A stretch of 63,333 nt of DNA, filler included, from Chthonomonadaceae bacterium (GCA_035650735.1; 5 parts of 5 records of this genome joined end to end with filler, not necessarily neighbours in it), one strand, 5' to 3'. Positions 28,400 to 39,103 are shown, counted from the whole stretch's first letter. Notes: generated from the sequence alone by a model not told the origin. A program made the numbers and translations.

Positions 28400-28443
28400 T
28401 AGAGGCCGCAAATGAGGAAGGACGAAGATAGGTTGGCAAGGCG

Positions 28444-30444
28444 ATGCAAAGAGATTTGGATGTACTGGTAATTGGGGCGGGGCACGCGGGCTGCGAGGCG
28501 GCGCTGGCGGCGGCGCGTATGGGCTGCCGCACGGCAGTCGCCACGCTGAACCTGGATCGCATCGGACATCTACCCTGCAACTGCTCCATCGGCGGGCCGG
28601 CCAAGGGGCATCTGGCGCGCGAGGTGGATGCGCTCGGCGGCGAGATGGGCCGCAACACCGACCGCGCGCTCACGCACATCCGCTACGTCGGCACCGGCAA
28701 AGGCCCGGCGGTCCAGACGCTGCGCGCCCACGCCGACAAGGAGCTCTATCCGCAAGCCATGCGCGCCGTCCTGGAGACCACGCCCAACCTGACCGTCTTG
28801 CAGGCCGCCGTCGAAGACCTCCTCATCGAAAAGGATGAAGGCGGAAGGCGCAAGGATGAACAAAACAATGGCTCTTCTTCATCCTTCATCCCTCATCCTT
28901 CATCCTTTATCACGGGCGTTCGTCTGGCCGATGGCACTGAGATCGCCGCGCGCACGGTCGTCGTGACCACAGGAACGTTCCTCAACGGCCTGATGCACTG
29001 CGGCACGACGCAGACTCCGGGCGGTCGGCACGGCGAGGTGCGCAGCGTGGGGCTGTCGGCGGCTCTGGAGCGGCTTGGCTTCCGCCTGGGACGCTTCAAG
29101 ACCGGCACGACGCCCCGCATAGATAAGCGCACGGTGGACTTCGACGCCACCGAAATTGTCCCTTCGGAGGACTGCCCGCCGTTCTCCTTTATGAACGAAG
29201 TCCTGGAGCCGCCGCGCCCGCTATTGCCCTGCTGGCAGACGCACACCAATACGACCACGCACGCCATCATTCGGGAGAACCTACATCTCTCCGCGATGTA
29301 CGGCGGGCGCATCGTCGGCATCGGGCCGCGCTACTGCCCCAGCATTGAGGACAAAGTGGTGCGCTTTGCCGAGAAGGAGTCGCATCCCGTCTTTCTGGAG
29401 CAGGAGACCTGGGACGGCGTCTCGCTCTACGTGCAGGGCATGTCCACGAGCCTGCCCGCCGAGGTGCAGATCGCATTTCTGCGCACGCTGCCGGGGCTGG
29501 AGAAAGTGGAGATGCTGCGCCCCGGCTACGCCGTCGAGTACGATATGGTCTACCCCGACCAACTGCACCCGACGCTGGAGACGAAGCAGGTCGGCGGCCT
29601 CTTCCTGGCTGGTCAGATCAACGGCACGAGCGGCTACGAGGAGGCGGCGGCGCAGGGCATCGTGGCGGGCATCAATGCGGCCTTGAAGGCGCAGGGCCGT
29701 CCGCCTCTGGTGCTGGAGCGGCAGGGCAGCTATATCGGCGTGCTGATTGACGACCTGGTGACGAAGGGCGTGAGCGACCCCTACCGGATGCTGACCTCGC
29801 GGGCTGAGTACCGCCTGCTGCTGCGTCATGACAACGCCGACCTGCGCCTGACGCCCATCGGGCGCGAGGTGGGCCTGGTCTCCGACAAGCGGTGGGAGAA
29901 GTTCACGGCCAAGCGTGAGGCCATCGCTCAGGAGACGCGCCGCTTCGCCACAACCTATATCCACGCCCGCGATAGCGCTCGCCTGGAGGCCCTAGGCACA
30001 GCCCCGATTGGCGACGGCAAGGTGTCTCTGCTCTCGCTGCTGCGCCGTCCGGAACTGACGCACGCGGCCCTGAGCGCGCTCGCCGCCGAACTCGATCCGG
30101 CCAGCACGCCCGCCGAGCCGGTATCGCGCGCCGTCGCCGAGCAGGTGGAGATCCAGACCAAGTACGAGGGCTATATCCAGCGGCAGGGCGCGCAGGTGGA
30201 GCAATTTGCCAGGATGGAAGCGGTCGAAATCCCAGAGGATATTGACTACGCAGCCGTGCGCTCCCTCTCCCATGAGGGCCGGGAGAAGCTGACGAAAATC
30301 CGCCCGCGCTCGCTCGGTCAGGCGGCGCGCATTCCCGGCCTGCGCCCCGGCGATGTCCAGATTCTCTTTATCCATCTGGAGCAACGCCGCCGCAGCCAGA
30401 GCGCCAATCCAGCGGAGCAAGCGGAGATCACGGCCTTCGCCTGA
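28444..30444 (+). CDS. mnmG: tRNA uridine 5-carboxymethylaminomethyl modification enzyme MnmG
   Basis: [80 protein letters not shown]. Confidence 0.97.
   Translation: MQRDLDVLVIGAGHAGCEAALAAARMGCRTAVATLNLDRIGHLPCNCSIGGPAKGHLAREVDALGGEMGRNTDRALTHIRYVGTGKGPAVQTLRAHADKELYPQAMRAVLETTPNLTVLQAAVEDLLIEKDEGGRRKDEQNNGSSSSFIPHPSSFITGVRLADGTEIAARTVVVTTGTFLNGLMHCGTTQTPGGRHGEVRSVGLSAALERLGFRLGRFKTGTTPRIDKRTVDFDATEIVPSEDCPPFSFMNEVLEPPRPLLPCWQTHTNTTTHAIIRENLHLSAMYGGRIVGIGPRYCPSIEDKVVRFAEKESHPVFLEQETWDGVSLYVQGMSTSLPAEVQIAFLRTLPGLEKVEMLRPGYAVEYDMVYPDQLHPTLETKQVGGLFLAGQINGTSGYEEAAAQGIVAGINAALKAQGRPPLVLERQGSYIGVLIDDLVTKGVSDPYRMLTSRAEYRLLLRHDNADLRLTPIGREVGLVSDKRWEKFTAKREAIAQETRRFATTYIHARDSARLEALGTAPIGDGKVSLLSLLRRPELTHAALSALAAELDPASTPAEPVSRAVAEQVEIQTKYEGYIQRQGAQVEQFARMEAVEIPEDIDYAAVRSLSHEGREKLTKIRPRSLGQAARIPGLRPGDVQILFIHLEQRRRSQSANPAEQAEITAFA
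28830..28908. repeat. Inverted heptamer array (GGATGAA/TTCATCC) inside mnmG
   Basis: AAAGGATGAAG…CTTCATCCTTT; four TTCATCC-like units at 28878-28905. Confidence 0.85.
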
Positions 30445-30548
30445 GCGCTTTACCGGGTAACCGCACGTTCCAGGGCCTCTGGTTGCAGGAGAATCGGCGG
30501 GGCCGATGAAGAGTGTAGGGTCAACGCCGGAAATGGAGGAGTCCTGCC

Positions 30549-33296
30549 ATGCGCCTGCCAACCGGAACCGTCACCTTCCTCTTCACCGACATCGAGGGCA
30601 GCACGAAACTCTGGGAGCAATACCCGGAAGCCATGCGCCAAGCCCTGGCCCGCCACGACGCCCTGCTCCGAGAAACCATAGAACAGCAGAACGGCCACGT
30701 CTTCAAAACCATCGGGGATGCCTTCTGCGCTGCCTTCGCCACCGCTCCGGAGGCGCTTGCGGCTGCCCTCGCCGCCCAACGCGCTCTTCTGGCCGGATCC
30801 TGGCCTGGCGACCTCTGCCTGCGTGTGCGCATAGCCCTGCATACCGGAGCGGTCGAACACCGGGATGGGGACTACTTTGGTCCTCCCCTCAACCGGGTGG
30901 CTCGCCTGCTGGCTATCGGACATGGAGGGCAGGTTCTGCTCTCCCAGGCCACGCGTGACCTGCTGCCTCCTGATGCCCCACTGACGGACAAGGGCAGCCA
31001 TCGCCTCAAGGACTTGCAGCAGCCGGAGCACGTCTTCCAACTCGTTGCCCCTGACTTGCCCTCCGAGTTCCCGCCCCTGCGCTCTCTGCGCAATACCAAC
31101 CTGCCTGTCCAGACGACCTCCTTCATCGGCAGAGAACAGGAGATAGCCCAACTCAAGACGCTGTTCCCCTCTACCCGTTTGCTCACGCTCACCGGAGCCG
31201 GCGGCTGTGGCAAGACCCGTCTCGCCTTGCAGGTGGCCGCCGATGTCCTGGAAGAGTATCCGGATGGGGTCTGGTTAGTGGAGTTGGCCGCTCTCTCCGA
31301 GGGCAGCCTGGTGCCGCAGAGTGTGGCCTCGGCCCTGGGGCTTCGAGAGGAGCCAGGCCGCTCCCTGACCGAGACCATCACGGAGTTTGCGCGCTCCAAG
31401 ACGCTTCTGCTCCTTTTGGACAATTGCGAGCATCTGGTGGCCGACTGTGCCCACCTGGCCGATACCCTCCTGCGCGCCTGCCCCAACCTCAGGATAGTAG
31501 CCACTAGCCGCCAACCGCTCAACATTCCCGGAGAGATGGTCTGGCGAGTTCCGTCTCTGGGACAGCCCGACCCCCACACCCTGCCCCTGGCTGAGAAGGA
31601 TCTGGCGGCTGTGCTGCTGGATTACGACGCTGTGCGCCTGTTTGTGGAGCGAGCCAGGGCACATCGCTCGGACTTTGCGCTCACTCGGCAGAATGGACCT
31701 GCGGTGGCGGCAGTGTGTCACCGATTGGATGGCATCCCACTGGCTCTGGAGTTGGCGGCTGCGCGTGTGCGTGCTCTTTCGGTCGAGCAGATGGAGGCTC
31801 GGCTTAGCGACCGGTTCCGCCTGCTCACCGGAGGCAGCCGCACCGCCCTGCCCCGTCAACAGACCTTGCGTGCCCTCATTGACTGGAGCTATGACTTACT
31901 AACTCAGCAAGAGAGGACCCTACTTCATAGGCTCTCGGTGTTTGCCGGGGGGGCCACTCTGGAAGCCTGCGAACAGGTCTGCTCTGGAGGAGAAGTCGAA
32001 GAGTGGGAAGTGCTGGATCTGTTGACCTCGCTGGTGGATAAGTCGTTGGTGGTCTACGAGGAGAGAGAAGGAACCGCCCGCTATCGGCTACTGGAAACTA
32101 TCCGGGAGTACGCTCGCCAGAAATTAGCCGAGGCAGAGGAAGCAAAGGGTGTCCAGGCTAAGCACCGGGACTACTTCCTGTCTGTAGCAGAGGAGGCAAA
32201 ACAGAAGCTGAGAGGTCCGGAGCAGGCCGAGTGGCTGGAGCGGTTGGAGAATGAGCATGATAACCTGCGGGCTGCCCTGGATTACTGCCAGCAACAGGCG
32301 GAGGGCACGGAGGCAGGGCTGCGTTTGGCAGGAGCGTTGCAGGAGTTCTGGTGGACACATGGGCATCTGAGCGAGGGAAGGGAGCGTCTGGCTCAGGTGC
32401 TGGAGCGAACGACGGGTTCTGAGCCGAGCAAGGCATGGGCATGTGCCTTGTATGCAGCAGGTGTCCTGGCAAGAATGCAAGGCGACTATACAACAGCTCG
32501 GTTGTTTCTGGAGCAGAGCCTGGCTCTTCAACGGGAACTGGACAACAAGCTCGACATTGCTTGTTCGCTGAGCGAGCTAGGCACTGTGGCAAAGGTGCAG
32601 GGCGACTACGCTGCGGCACGGGCACTGCAAGAAGAGAGCCTGGCTCTCCGGAGGGAACTGGGAGATAAGGTAGGCATTGCAGTTTCGCTGGGCAACCTGG
32701 GCAATGTGGCAAAGGGGCAGGGCGACTACACGGCGGCCCGGTCGTTTCAGGAGCAAAGCCTGGCTCTCCGGAGGGAACTGGGAGATAAGGTAGGCATGGC
32801 CATTTCGCTCAACAACCTGGGCAATGTGGCCCGTGACCAGGGTGACTCTGCTATGGCACGATTACTCTATGAAGAGAGCCTAGCTATCGCGCGGGAACTA
32901 GGCGATAAGCGAAGCATTGCCATTTCGCTGATCAACCTGGGGCCGCTCCTGTGCGACCAGGGTGACTATCTTGCTGCTCGCAAGTCCCTGGCTGAGTGCC
33001 TGATCCTCTGCCGTGAGTTGGGGGAGAGATATGTTACCCCTTATGCCCTAGAAGCCTTCGCTGCACTGGCCCATGCTCAGCAGCAGCCGGAACGGGCCAT
33101 TCGGCTCTCTGGCGCGGCACAGGCGCTGCGCGATGCTATTGGCGCTCCTCTGCCACCGAACGAACACGCAGAGTACGACCGTATCCAAGCCGACCTGCGG
33201 GCCACGCTCGGTGAGGATGGCTACCAGGCGGGCCTTAACGTGGGCCGCGCGCTCTCGCTGGAACAGGCCATCGCGTATGCGCTGGAGGAGGAATAG
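30549..33296 (+). CDS. Class III adenylate/guanylate cyclase, STAND NTPase and TPR protein
   Basis: FLFTDIEGST, KTIGDAF, DYFGPPLNRVARL; Walker A GAGGCGKT, LLLLDNCEH, LDGIPLALELAA; 40-aa TPR repeats. Confidence 0.92.
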   Translation: MRLPTGTVTFLFTDIEGSTKLWEQYPEAMRQALARHDALLRETIEQQNGHVFKTIGDAFCAAFATAPEALAAALAAQRALLAGSWPGDLCLRVRIALHTGAVEHRDGDYFGPPLNRVARLLAIGHGGQVLLSQATRDLLPPDAPLTDKGSHRLKDLQQPEHVFQLVAPDLPSEFPPLRSLRNTNLPVQTTSFIGREQEIAQLKTLFPSTRLLTLTGAGGCGKTRLALQVAADVLEEYPDGVWLVELAALSEGSLVPQSVASALGLREEPGRSLTETITEFARSKTLLLLLDNCEHLVADCAHLADTLLRACPNLRIVATSRQPLNIPGEMVWRVPSLGQPDPHTLPLAEKDLAAVLLDYDAVRLFVERARAHRSDFALTRQNGPAVAAVCHRLDGIPLALELAAARVRALSVEQMEARLSDRFRLLTGGSRTALPRQQTLRALIDWSYDLLTQQERTLLHRLSVFAGGATLEACEQVCSGGEVEEWEVLDLLTSLVDKSLVVYEEREGTARYRLLETIREYARQKLAEAEEAKGVQAKHRDYFLSVAEEAKQKLRGPEQAEWLERLENEHDNLRAALDYCQQQAEGTEAGLRLAGALQEFWWTHGHLSEGRERLAQVLERTTGSEPSKAWACALYAAGVLARMQGDYTTARLFLEQSLALQRELDNKLDIACSLSELGTVAKVQGDYAAARALQEESLALRRELGDKVGIAVSLGNLGNVAKGQGDYTAARSFQEQSLALRRELGDKVGMAISLNNLGNVARDQGDSAMARLLYEESLAIARELGDKRSIAISLINLGPLLCDQGDYLAARKSLAECLILCRELGERYVTPYALEAFAALAHAQQQPERAIRLSGAAQALRDAIGAPLPPNEHAEYDRIQADLRATLGEDGYQAGLNVGRALSLEQAIAYALEEE

Positions 33297-33327
33297 CCCT
33301 GAGCCTGCATCCAACTCTACATCGGCA

Positions 33328-35988
33328 TCAAGGAGCGTCCGGGGAGGGCGGCGGTTCGGAGAGTTCCGACGGGCCGCTCACTAGGACCGCCTGCGTGCGC
33401 TTCTCCTTGCCGACCGTCAGCGTCACCGTATAGAGGCCGGGCTTGACGAAGCGCTGTTCCCCGAAACGCCGGGGTCTCTCGCTCTCCTTCTGCCGCAGGT
33501 CCCAGCGCAGGCGGTTGATCCCCGGATACCGCTCGCCGTCTAATTCCGCCACCGACTTTCCACCGGCGTCCGTGATGGCGACATGCGGCGGCTTCTCCGC
33601 CAGCGACTTCAGCCAGTAGACGATCTCAACTCCGTCCGGCGGGTTCTGCGCCCGGAACTCCCGCCCGCCATCAAAGAAGCCAAACGTAGGCAGGAATTCG
33701 CGCGCAGGCGCGATGGGGAAGAGGGCGATCTCCACGTCGCGCATCTGCGGGGTCAGCGCCTCCATCGGGGCGATGTTGTCCAGCACATAGAGGCTGCGCC
33801 CGTGCGTGGCGGCGACCAGCGCGTGATCGCGGGGCTGGATCGCCAGGTCGTTGACGGCCACCGTCGGCAGGCCGTTGTCGAGCTTGTGCCAGTGGCCGCC
33901 CCGGTCGAAGGAGACGAACGCCCCGAACTCCGTGCCGATGAAGAGCAGATCGGGGTTGATCGGGTCTTCCCGCAGCGCTTTGACCGGGCCGCGCGGCGGC
34001 AGGTCCGAGACGATGGATTGCCAGGTCTGGCCGAAGTCCTCCGTCACGAAGAGGTAGGGCGCGAAATCATCATCGCGGTGCCCGTCAATGGCGACGTAGG
34101 CGCGTCCGGGAACAAAGTGCGAGGCTTCCACGCGCGTCACGTAGTAGTCGCGCACCTTCGCGGGCAGCTTCTCCGTGACATTGGCCCAGGTTGCGCCCTC
34201 ATCCTGGGTCACCTGCACGTTGCCGTCGTCCGTGCCCACCCAGATCACACCCTGCTGGCGCGACGACGCGGAAATCGTGACGATGGTGCCGTAGGTCTCC
34301 GCCCCGGAGCCGCCTGCCGTGATGCGCGCGCCGTTCTGCTTCGAGAGGTCCGGGCTGATGGCCGTCCACTCGTCGCCGTTTTTGGTAAACTTGAACAGCC
34401 GGTTGCCGCCCATGTAGAGCACCGTGCGGTCAAAGGCGCACAGGCACAGCGGCGTGTTCCAGTTGAAGCGATAGCTGGGCGTGCCCTCCGGCGCCTCCGG
34501 GTGCAGATACTTGCGCTTGTTGGTGCGGCGGTCAATCCGCTCCACAGCGCCGCCCTGCGATTCGGCATAGACGATATCCAGGTCTACCGGGTCAGGGACA
34601 ACATAGAACCCGTCGCCGCCGGTCAGGAAGACCCAATCGGGGTTGGTGGGGCCGTGCGTGGATTGGAGCGCGCTGGGTCCGGCCCAGCAGGCGTTATCTT
34701 GCAAGCCGCCATAGACCCAAAAGGGCATGCGCGAGTCCACGCTTACCTCATAGAACTCGCCCATCGGGAAGTTGTTAAGAAAGTCCCACGCTTTCGCGCG
34801 GTCATAGCTGGCATAGAGTCCGCCGTCGGTGCCCAGCAGCAGGTGCTCCGGACGCGCGGGATCGATCCAGAGCGCGTGCAGGTCTGAATGTACCCCCCGC
34901 GAACCCTCTTCCTTGAACGTCTTGCCGCCATCTTCTGAGATAGAGAGCTCGAAGCCGAGCACATAGACCCGATCCGGATTGGTCGGGTCCACGCGGATCT
35001 GGCCGAAATAGAAGCCGCGCGGCGCGGTGCTGTTGACGCGCTTCCAGGTCTCGCCGGCATCGTCTGAGCGAAACACGCCACCATGCTTGCTCTCGGTATC
35101 GAACAGGCTGCGGCTGCCGCCCTCCTGCGATTCGATGAGGGCATAGACGATATTCGGCTTGCTGCGGCAGACGCTGATGCCGATGCGTCCGAGCGGGCCG
35201 GTCGGCAGGCCGTTCGTCAGCTTCTTCCAGGTCTTGCCGCCGTCGCCGGACTTATACAGGCCGGAGCCGGGGCCGATGCCCTCAAAGCCCCAGGGCGTGC
35301 GCCGCCGCTGGTAGAGCGCCGCATAGACGACGCCGCTGCCCGGCGCGCCCAGCGCCACATCAATCGCGCCCGTGTCCGCATTGAGCGCCAGACTCGGCTG
35401 CCAGGTCTTGCCGCCATCGGTCGTCTTGAAGACGCCCCGCTCTTTGTTTGGCCCCCAGAGGTGCCCCGCCGCCGCCACATACACGACGTTGGGATCGTTC
35501 GGGTCAATGACGATGCGCCCTATCTCCTGGCTGTCCTTCAGCCCCATGTTCTTCCAGGTCGCGCCACCGTCGGTGGACTTATAGACCCCATCGCCCCAGG
35601 AGGAGCTATTGCGCCCGTTGGCCTCTCCGGTGCCCACCCAGACAATCTTCGGGTCGGAGGGCGCTACCGCGACCGCCCCCACCGAGGCGACCGCCTCTTT
35701 ATCGAAGACCGGCGTGAAGGTGACGCCGTTGTTGGTCGTCTTGATCAGGCCACCGGTCGCCAGCGCCACATAAAAGGTATAGGGGTTCTTCTCCTCTACG
35801 GCGATGTCGGCGACGCGCCCGCCCATAACGGAGGGACCGAGACTGCGCCAGTTCGCCAGCTTGAGTATCTCGGTTTGCAGGTCGGGCGTCTTTTCTCCGC
35901 CGAAGGCCGGAGACGCGATCAGTATGGCGGCAAGGAGAAGAGTCAGCAGGGCGAGCGAGGCAGGAGCGCGCCAGGAGAGCAAGAACAT
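33328..35988 (-). CDS. Secreted VPS10/BNR-repeat beta-propeller (glycosyl hydrolase-like)
   Basis: WRSLGPSVMGGRV, many SxDGGxTW repeats, GGLQDN, VAATHGRS. Confidence 0.88.
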   Translation of the reverse strand: MFLLSWRAPASLALLTLLLAAILIASPAFGGEKTPDLQTEILKLANWRSLGPSVMGGRVADIAVEEKNPYTFYVALATGGLIKTTNNGVTFTPVFDKEAVASVGAVAVAPSDPKIVWVGTGEANGRNSSSWGDGVYKSTDGGATWKNMGLKDSQEIGRIVIDPNDPNVVYVAAAGHLWGPNKERGVFKTTDGGKTWQPSLALNADTGAIDVALGAPGSGVVYAALYQRRRTPWGFEGIGPGSGLYKSGDGGKTWKKLTNGLPTGPLGRIGISVCRSKPNIVYALIESQEGGSRSLFDTESKHGGVFRSDDAGETWKRVNSTAPRGFYFGQIRVDPTNPDRVYVLGFELSISEDGGKTFKEEGSRGVHSDLHALWIDPARPEHLLLGTDGGLYASYDRAKAWDFLNNFPMGEFYEVSVDSRMPFWVYGGLQDNACWAGPSALQSTHGPTNPDWVFLTGGDGFYVVPDPVDLDIVYAESQGGAVERIDRRTNKRKYLHPEAPEGTPSYRFNWNTPLCLCAFDRTVLYMGGNRLFKFTKNGDEWTAISPDLSKQNGARITAGGSGAETYGTIVTISASSRQQGVIWVGTDDGNVQVTQDEGATWANVTEKLPAKVRDYYVTRVEASHFVPGRAYVAIDGHRDDDFAPYLFVTEDFGQTWQSIVSDLPPRGPVKALREDPINPDLLFIGTEFGAFVSFDRGGHWHKLDNGLPTVAVNDLAIQPRDHALVAATHGRSLYVLDNIAPMEALTPQMRDVEIALFPIAPAREFLPTFGFFDGGREFRAQNPPDGVEIVYWLKSLAEKPPHVAITDAGGKSVAELDGERYPGINRLRWDLRQKESERPRRFGEQRFVKPGLYTVTLTVGKEKRTQAVLVSGPSELSEPPPSPDAP

Positions 35989-36070
35989 AGCGGCAGGACA
36001 TCCTTTCCATCGGAAGGTCGATCTCTTGCCGCTATGGTTCGCCTGCTCCCCCGGCAATTCCTACTCGATT

Positions 36071-36280
36071 CCCGGCAGGCTAAACCCTGCCGCTGTGGGG
36101 CGCAAAGCGCCCGTCGCCCACCTGCGTGGGCGAGACTCTCTGCCTACTTAGGCAGCAAGGTCGTCCACAGAGAGGGAGGGCGGCGATCCTAGTATCTTAC
36201 CGAATCCTCTGCCTGCGCAGGCAGGCAGCAGGCCGTAGGCCCCACAGCGGCAGGGTTTAGCCTGCCGGAATGGGGTTAGG
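36071..36280. repeat. REPIN-like inverted pair of family A REPs
   Basis: CCGGCAGGCTAAACCCTGCCGCTGTGGGG within 36071-36100 and its reverse complement at 36240-36268. Confidence 0.88.
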
Positions 36281-36298
36281 TCCAGCAAGGCCAGGAAG

Positions 36299-38869
36299 CT
36301 AATCGTCGTCGGGAGAGAAGCGGCGGGCCGGGAAGGGCTGCCCCGGCTTGCGATTGTGCCAGACGGCGCGGGCGACGGTGGCGGCGTCGGCACGATCCAG
36401 GCCCGACCAGTCGAGGCGAGCACAGGCCAGGGCCAGGCGGCGCGCTTCGCCTTGCAGGGCGCGCGCAGGCGGATTCATCTCATCGAGCGGAATCCGGTTA
36501 GCCAGATGCGCATAGGGGCGCAAGTCCGGCTGGTCGGTGAAGCAGGCGGTCATCGGCAGGGCGGTGCGGTCGAAGCGGTTCATGGCGGGCAGGCCGAGAA
36601 CGAGCTCGATAGTGCGCACCAGGGAGGTGTGGTTGTAGGGCGCGCTGACGAGCGTGCCGCGCCGGGTGTAGGGCGAGATGCAGAAGGCGACGGTGCGGTG
36701 GCCGTCCACGTGGTCCACGGCAGCCTGCGAGTCGTCCTCAATGACGAGAATGAGCGTATCTTTCCAGAAGCGCGATTGCGAGATGCCTTCCACGATGCGG
36801 CCCAGGGCCAGGTCGTTATCGGCGACGGAGGCGCGCGGTGTCGGCATACCCGGCTGGGTGCCGCTGGTATGGTCACAGGGCAGCAGGAGCAGGCAGAGCG
36901 CGGGCATACGGCCCGCCTTTTCGAAGTCGGCCAGGTCAGCCAGGAACTGGTCGGCCCGCCACTGGTCGGGAACCTCAATCGGCCAGCCGATGTAGCGGGG
37001 ATGTAGGAAGGGCCGCAGCGCCTGATTGTCGGTTTGGGCCGTGACGGTGAATTCGTGGGTTCCGGCCTTGTAATCTTTCCAGAAGTTGCTCCAGGTCAGC
37101 CGCCCGCCCGTCACCTTCGGATGGTTGACGAACTCGCCGTAGACGCGCACGCCCAGACCGCGCCTGGCGACTGCGTTCCAGAGAAACCCGGCGGGCGAGT
37201 AGGCCAGGGGGTCGCCGCCATCATAAGGGTAACTGCGGATATACGCGGCATAGCTCTGCTCGCTATAGGCGTTGGCGAGCGCCTCATCGCACCACTGATG
37301 GCCGTCGGCGGAGTTCGTGCCGCTGGTATAGGTGTTGTCCAGGAGCACGAACTGCCGGGCCAGCGCGTGATGGTTGGGCGTGACGGCTTCGCCATAGAGA
37401 TTGAGCGCCCTGTCACCGTTGCCTTCCGGCATATCGCCCAGGATGGCGTCGTAGGTCTGGTTCTCCTTGATGATATAGACGACGTGCTTGAAGACCGAAG
37501 GCTCCCCGACGCGCTCCGGCACGGGCGCAGGAGCCATTCCGGGCCGTGCGGGCAGCTCGGCTCCCCAGCGGTTACTGGCAGCGACCTGGCGGCTCAGGGC
37601 GGGCAGATCGGCACGGGCTTCCGGGGAGATAATCTGGAGCGTGCCGACGCTATCATGGACGTACCAGCGGTTGTCCTGGACGCCTTCGGGCCGCGCGCCC
37701 AGCCCCTTCGCGCTGGCGACGTAGAGCTGGCCGTCACGCTCGGCGATAGCGATGGGAAACCAGCCGGTCGGCAGGTAGCCGGCGACGGTCGGCTGCGGCT
37801 CCAGGGCGATGACAGCGATGGCATTGCCGCCGCCGCAGGCCGCATAGAGCGTTTTGCCGTCGGTGGAAAGGGCGAGCGCGGTCGGCATCTGGCCGAAGCC
37901 GGGGTCGTCCGGCGGGCGAACGGAGAGCGTGTGCGTGATGCGCCGCTGTTGCGTGTCCAGGAAGGAGATAGTATCGTCGTCCGAGTTGGCGACATAGAGG
38001 GTACGCCCGTCGGCGGAGAGGGCCAGGCCGGAGGGCTGTCGCCCGACTTGAATTTCGACACTATTCTCTCCCCGGCCCGATTCCGTAGCGGGAGCGGAAG
38101 CCAGACGCTCGGTAGCGAGGATGGAGAGGCTGCCGCGCAGGGCGGCGTCCGTTCCGGGGTCGGTGCGCACCGGCGTTCCCGCCGAGGGCGCGGTATGCTT
38201 GTCGCTGGGATCGGCGCGGCGTCCGCCCCGGTTGGCGACGTAGAGCGTGTGGCCCTCCGGCGAGAGCAGCAGGCGATAGGGCGCCACGCCGACCGGCACG
38301 GTGGCGAGGAGCTTGGCCTCCGGGAGCTTGAGCACGGCGACGGCGTTGCGGGTGCCGAGGGCGACATAGAGCCGCTGCCCGTCCGGGGAGACAGCGAGGC
38401 CGTTGGGCTGCGGATTGCCCGCTCCCGCACCCGGCGCAAAGCTATCCTGCCGCTTCCACTGCGGCCCGTCTTTCACAATGCGATAGACGCGCCCGTCCTG
38501 CCCGGAGGCAAAGAGGGTCTGGCCATCGGGCGCCCAGGCGAGGCCGAGCGCGCCCGCGCCTAGTTCCACCGCTCCGATCTGGACGCCCTCGGAGGAGAAG
38601 AAGAGCACGCCCACCTTACCGTTGGTGGTCAGCGCGGCCAGCGTCTGGCCGTCGGGCGAGAGTGCGATATCTTTGGGCCTGGCTCTTTCAAGACGCCGCA
38701 CCAGGCCGATAGGTGTCACGATCTGGTTGCTGGGCACGAGCCAGCCGCCCTCCGGCTGCTCCCCCAGCGTGCGGCGCGCGGGCGTCGGCGTCACCTGCCC
38801 CCCTGTCCTGGCGAGGATAAGCAGCAGGGCCAACAGCAAGACAGCAAAGCAAAGACGAGCGGGCTTCAT
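36299..38869 (-). CDS. YncE/YVTN beta-propeller plus phosphoesterase (alkaline phosphatase-like) protein
   Basis: Signal peptide, LSPDG…LYVAN repeats, KHVVYIIKENQTYD, SADGHQW, DHVDGHR. Confidence 0.9.
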   Translation of the reverse strand: MKPARLCFAVLLLALLLILARTGGQVTPTPARRTLGEQPEGGWLVPSNQIVTPIGLVRRLERARPKDIALSPDGQTLAALTTNGKVGVLFFSSEGVQIGAVELGAGALGLAWAPDGQTLFASGQDGRVYRIVKDGPQWKRQDSFAPGAGAGNPQPNGLAVSPDGQRLYVALGTRNAVAVLKLPEAKLLATVPVGVAPYRLLLSPEGHTLYVANRGGRRADPSDKHTAPSAGTPVRTDPGTDAALRGSLSILATERLASAPATESGRGENSVEIQVGRQPSGLALSADGRTLYVANSDDDTISFLDTQQRRITHTLSVRPPDDPGFGQMPTALALSTDGKTLYAACGGGNAIAVIALEPQPTVAGYLPTGWFPIAIAERDGQLYVASAKGLGARPEGVQDNRWYVHDSVGTLQIISPEARADLPALSRQVAASNRWGAELPARPGMAPAPVPERVGEPSVFKHVVYIIKENQTYDAILGDMPEGNGDRALNLYGEAVTPNHHALARQFVLLDNTYTSGTNSADGHQWCDEALANAYSEQSYAAYIRSYPYDGGDPLAYSPAGFLWNAVARRGLGVRVYGEFVNHPKVTGGRLTWSNFWKDYKAGTHEFTVTAQTDNQALRPFLHPRYIGWPIEVPDQWRADQFLADLADFEKAGRMPALCLLLLPCDHTSGTQPGMPTPRASVADNDLALGRIVEGISQSRFWKDTLILVIEDDSQAAVDHVDGHRTVAFCISPYTRRGTLVSAPYNHTSLVRTIELVLGLPAMNRFDRTALPMTACFTDQPDLRPYAHLANRIPLDEMNPPARALQGEARRLALACARLDWSGLDRADAATVARAVWHNRKPGQPFPARRFSPDDD

Positions 38870-39103
38870 ATGTTACCTCCGAATTCAAAAACCCGTAATC
38901 GTGACAGCGACAAAAGTGCCTGGATTGGTGGAAACACCTTCGTGAGCGACTGCGATATTTCCCGGCTAGCCGAAAAACCAGGCTCCAGGCATCGCAGGCT
39001 TATCCAGAAAGCCTGTGCGGCAGGCGGCGCAAATCACCGAGGCTGACCTGTTCGCACAGTCCAGTACCGTGCTCAACGCACATCACGGAGGAGACCACAC
39101 ACC

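Noticed and set aside
28073..28415. Small ORFs with PLLRKERG/RGEV peptides
   Set aside because: Translations of the palindromic element.
33583..38563. Long plus-strand ORFs (434, 369 and 509 aa) and similar ones elsewhere
   Set aside because: Antisense shadows of well-supported genes, common in high-GC DNA.
38899..38990. ZTP (pfl) or c-di-GMP riboswitch
   Set aside because: Partial resemblance only. The 3' CCGCCUGGGCA element of pfl and the GCAAA/GGGACGCAAA core of c-di-GMP-I are absent.
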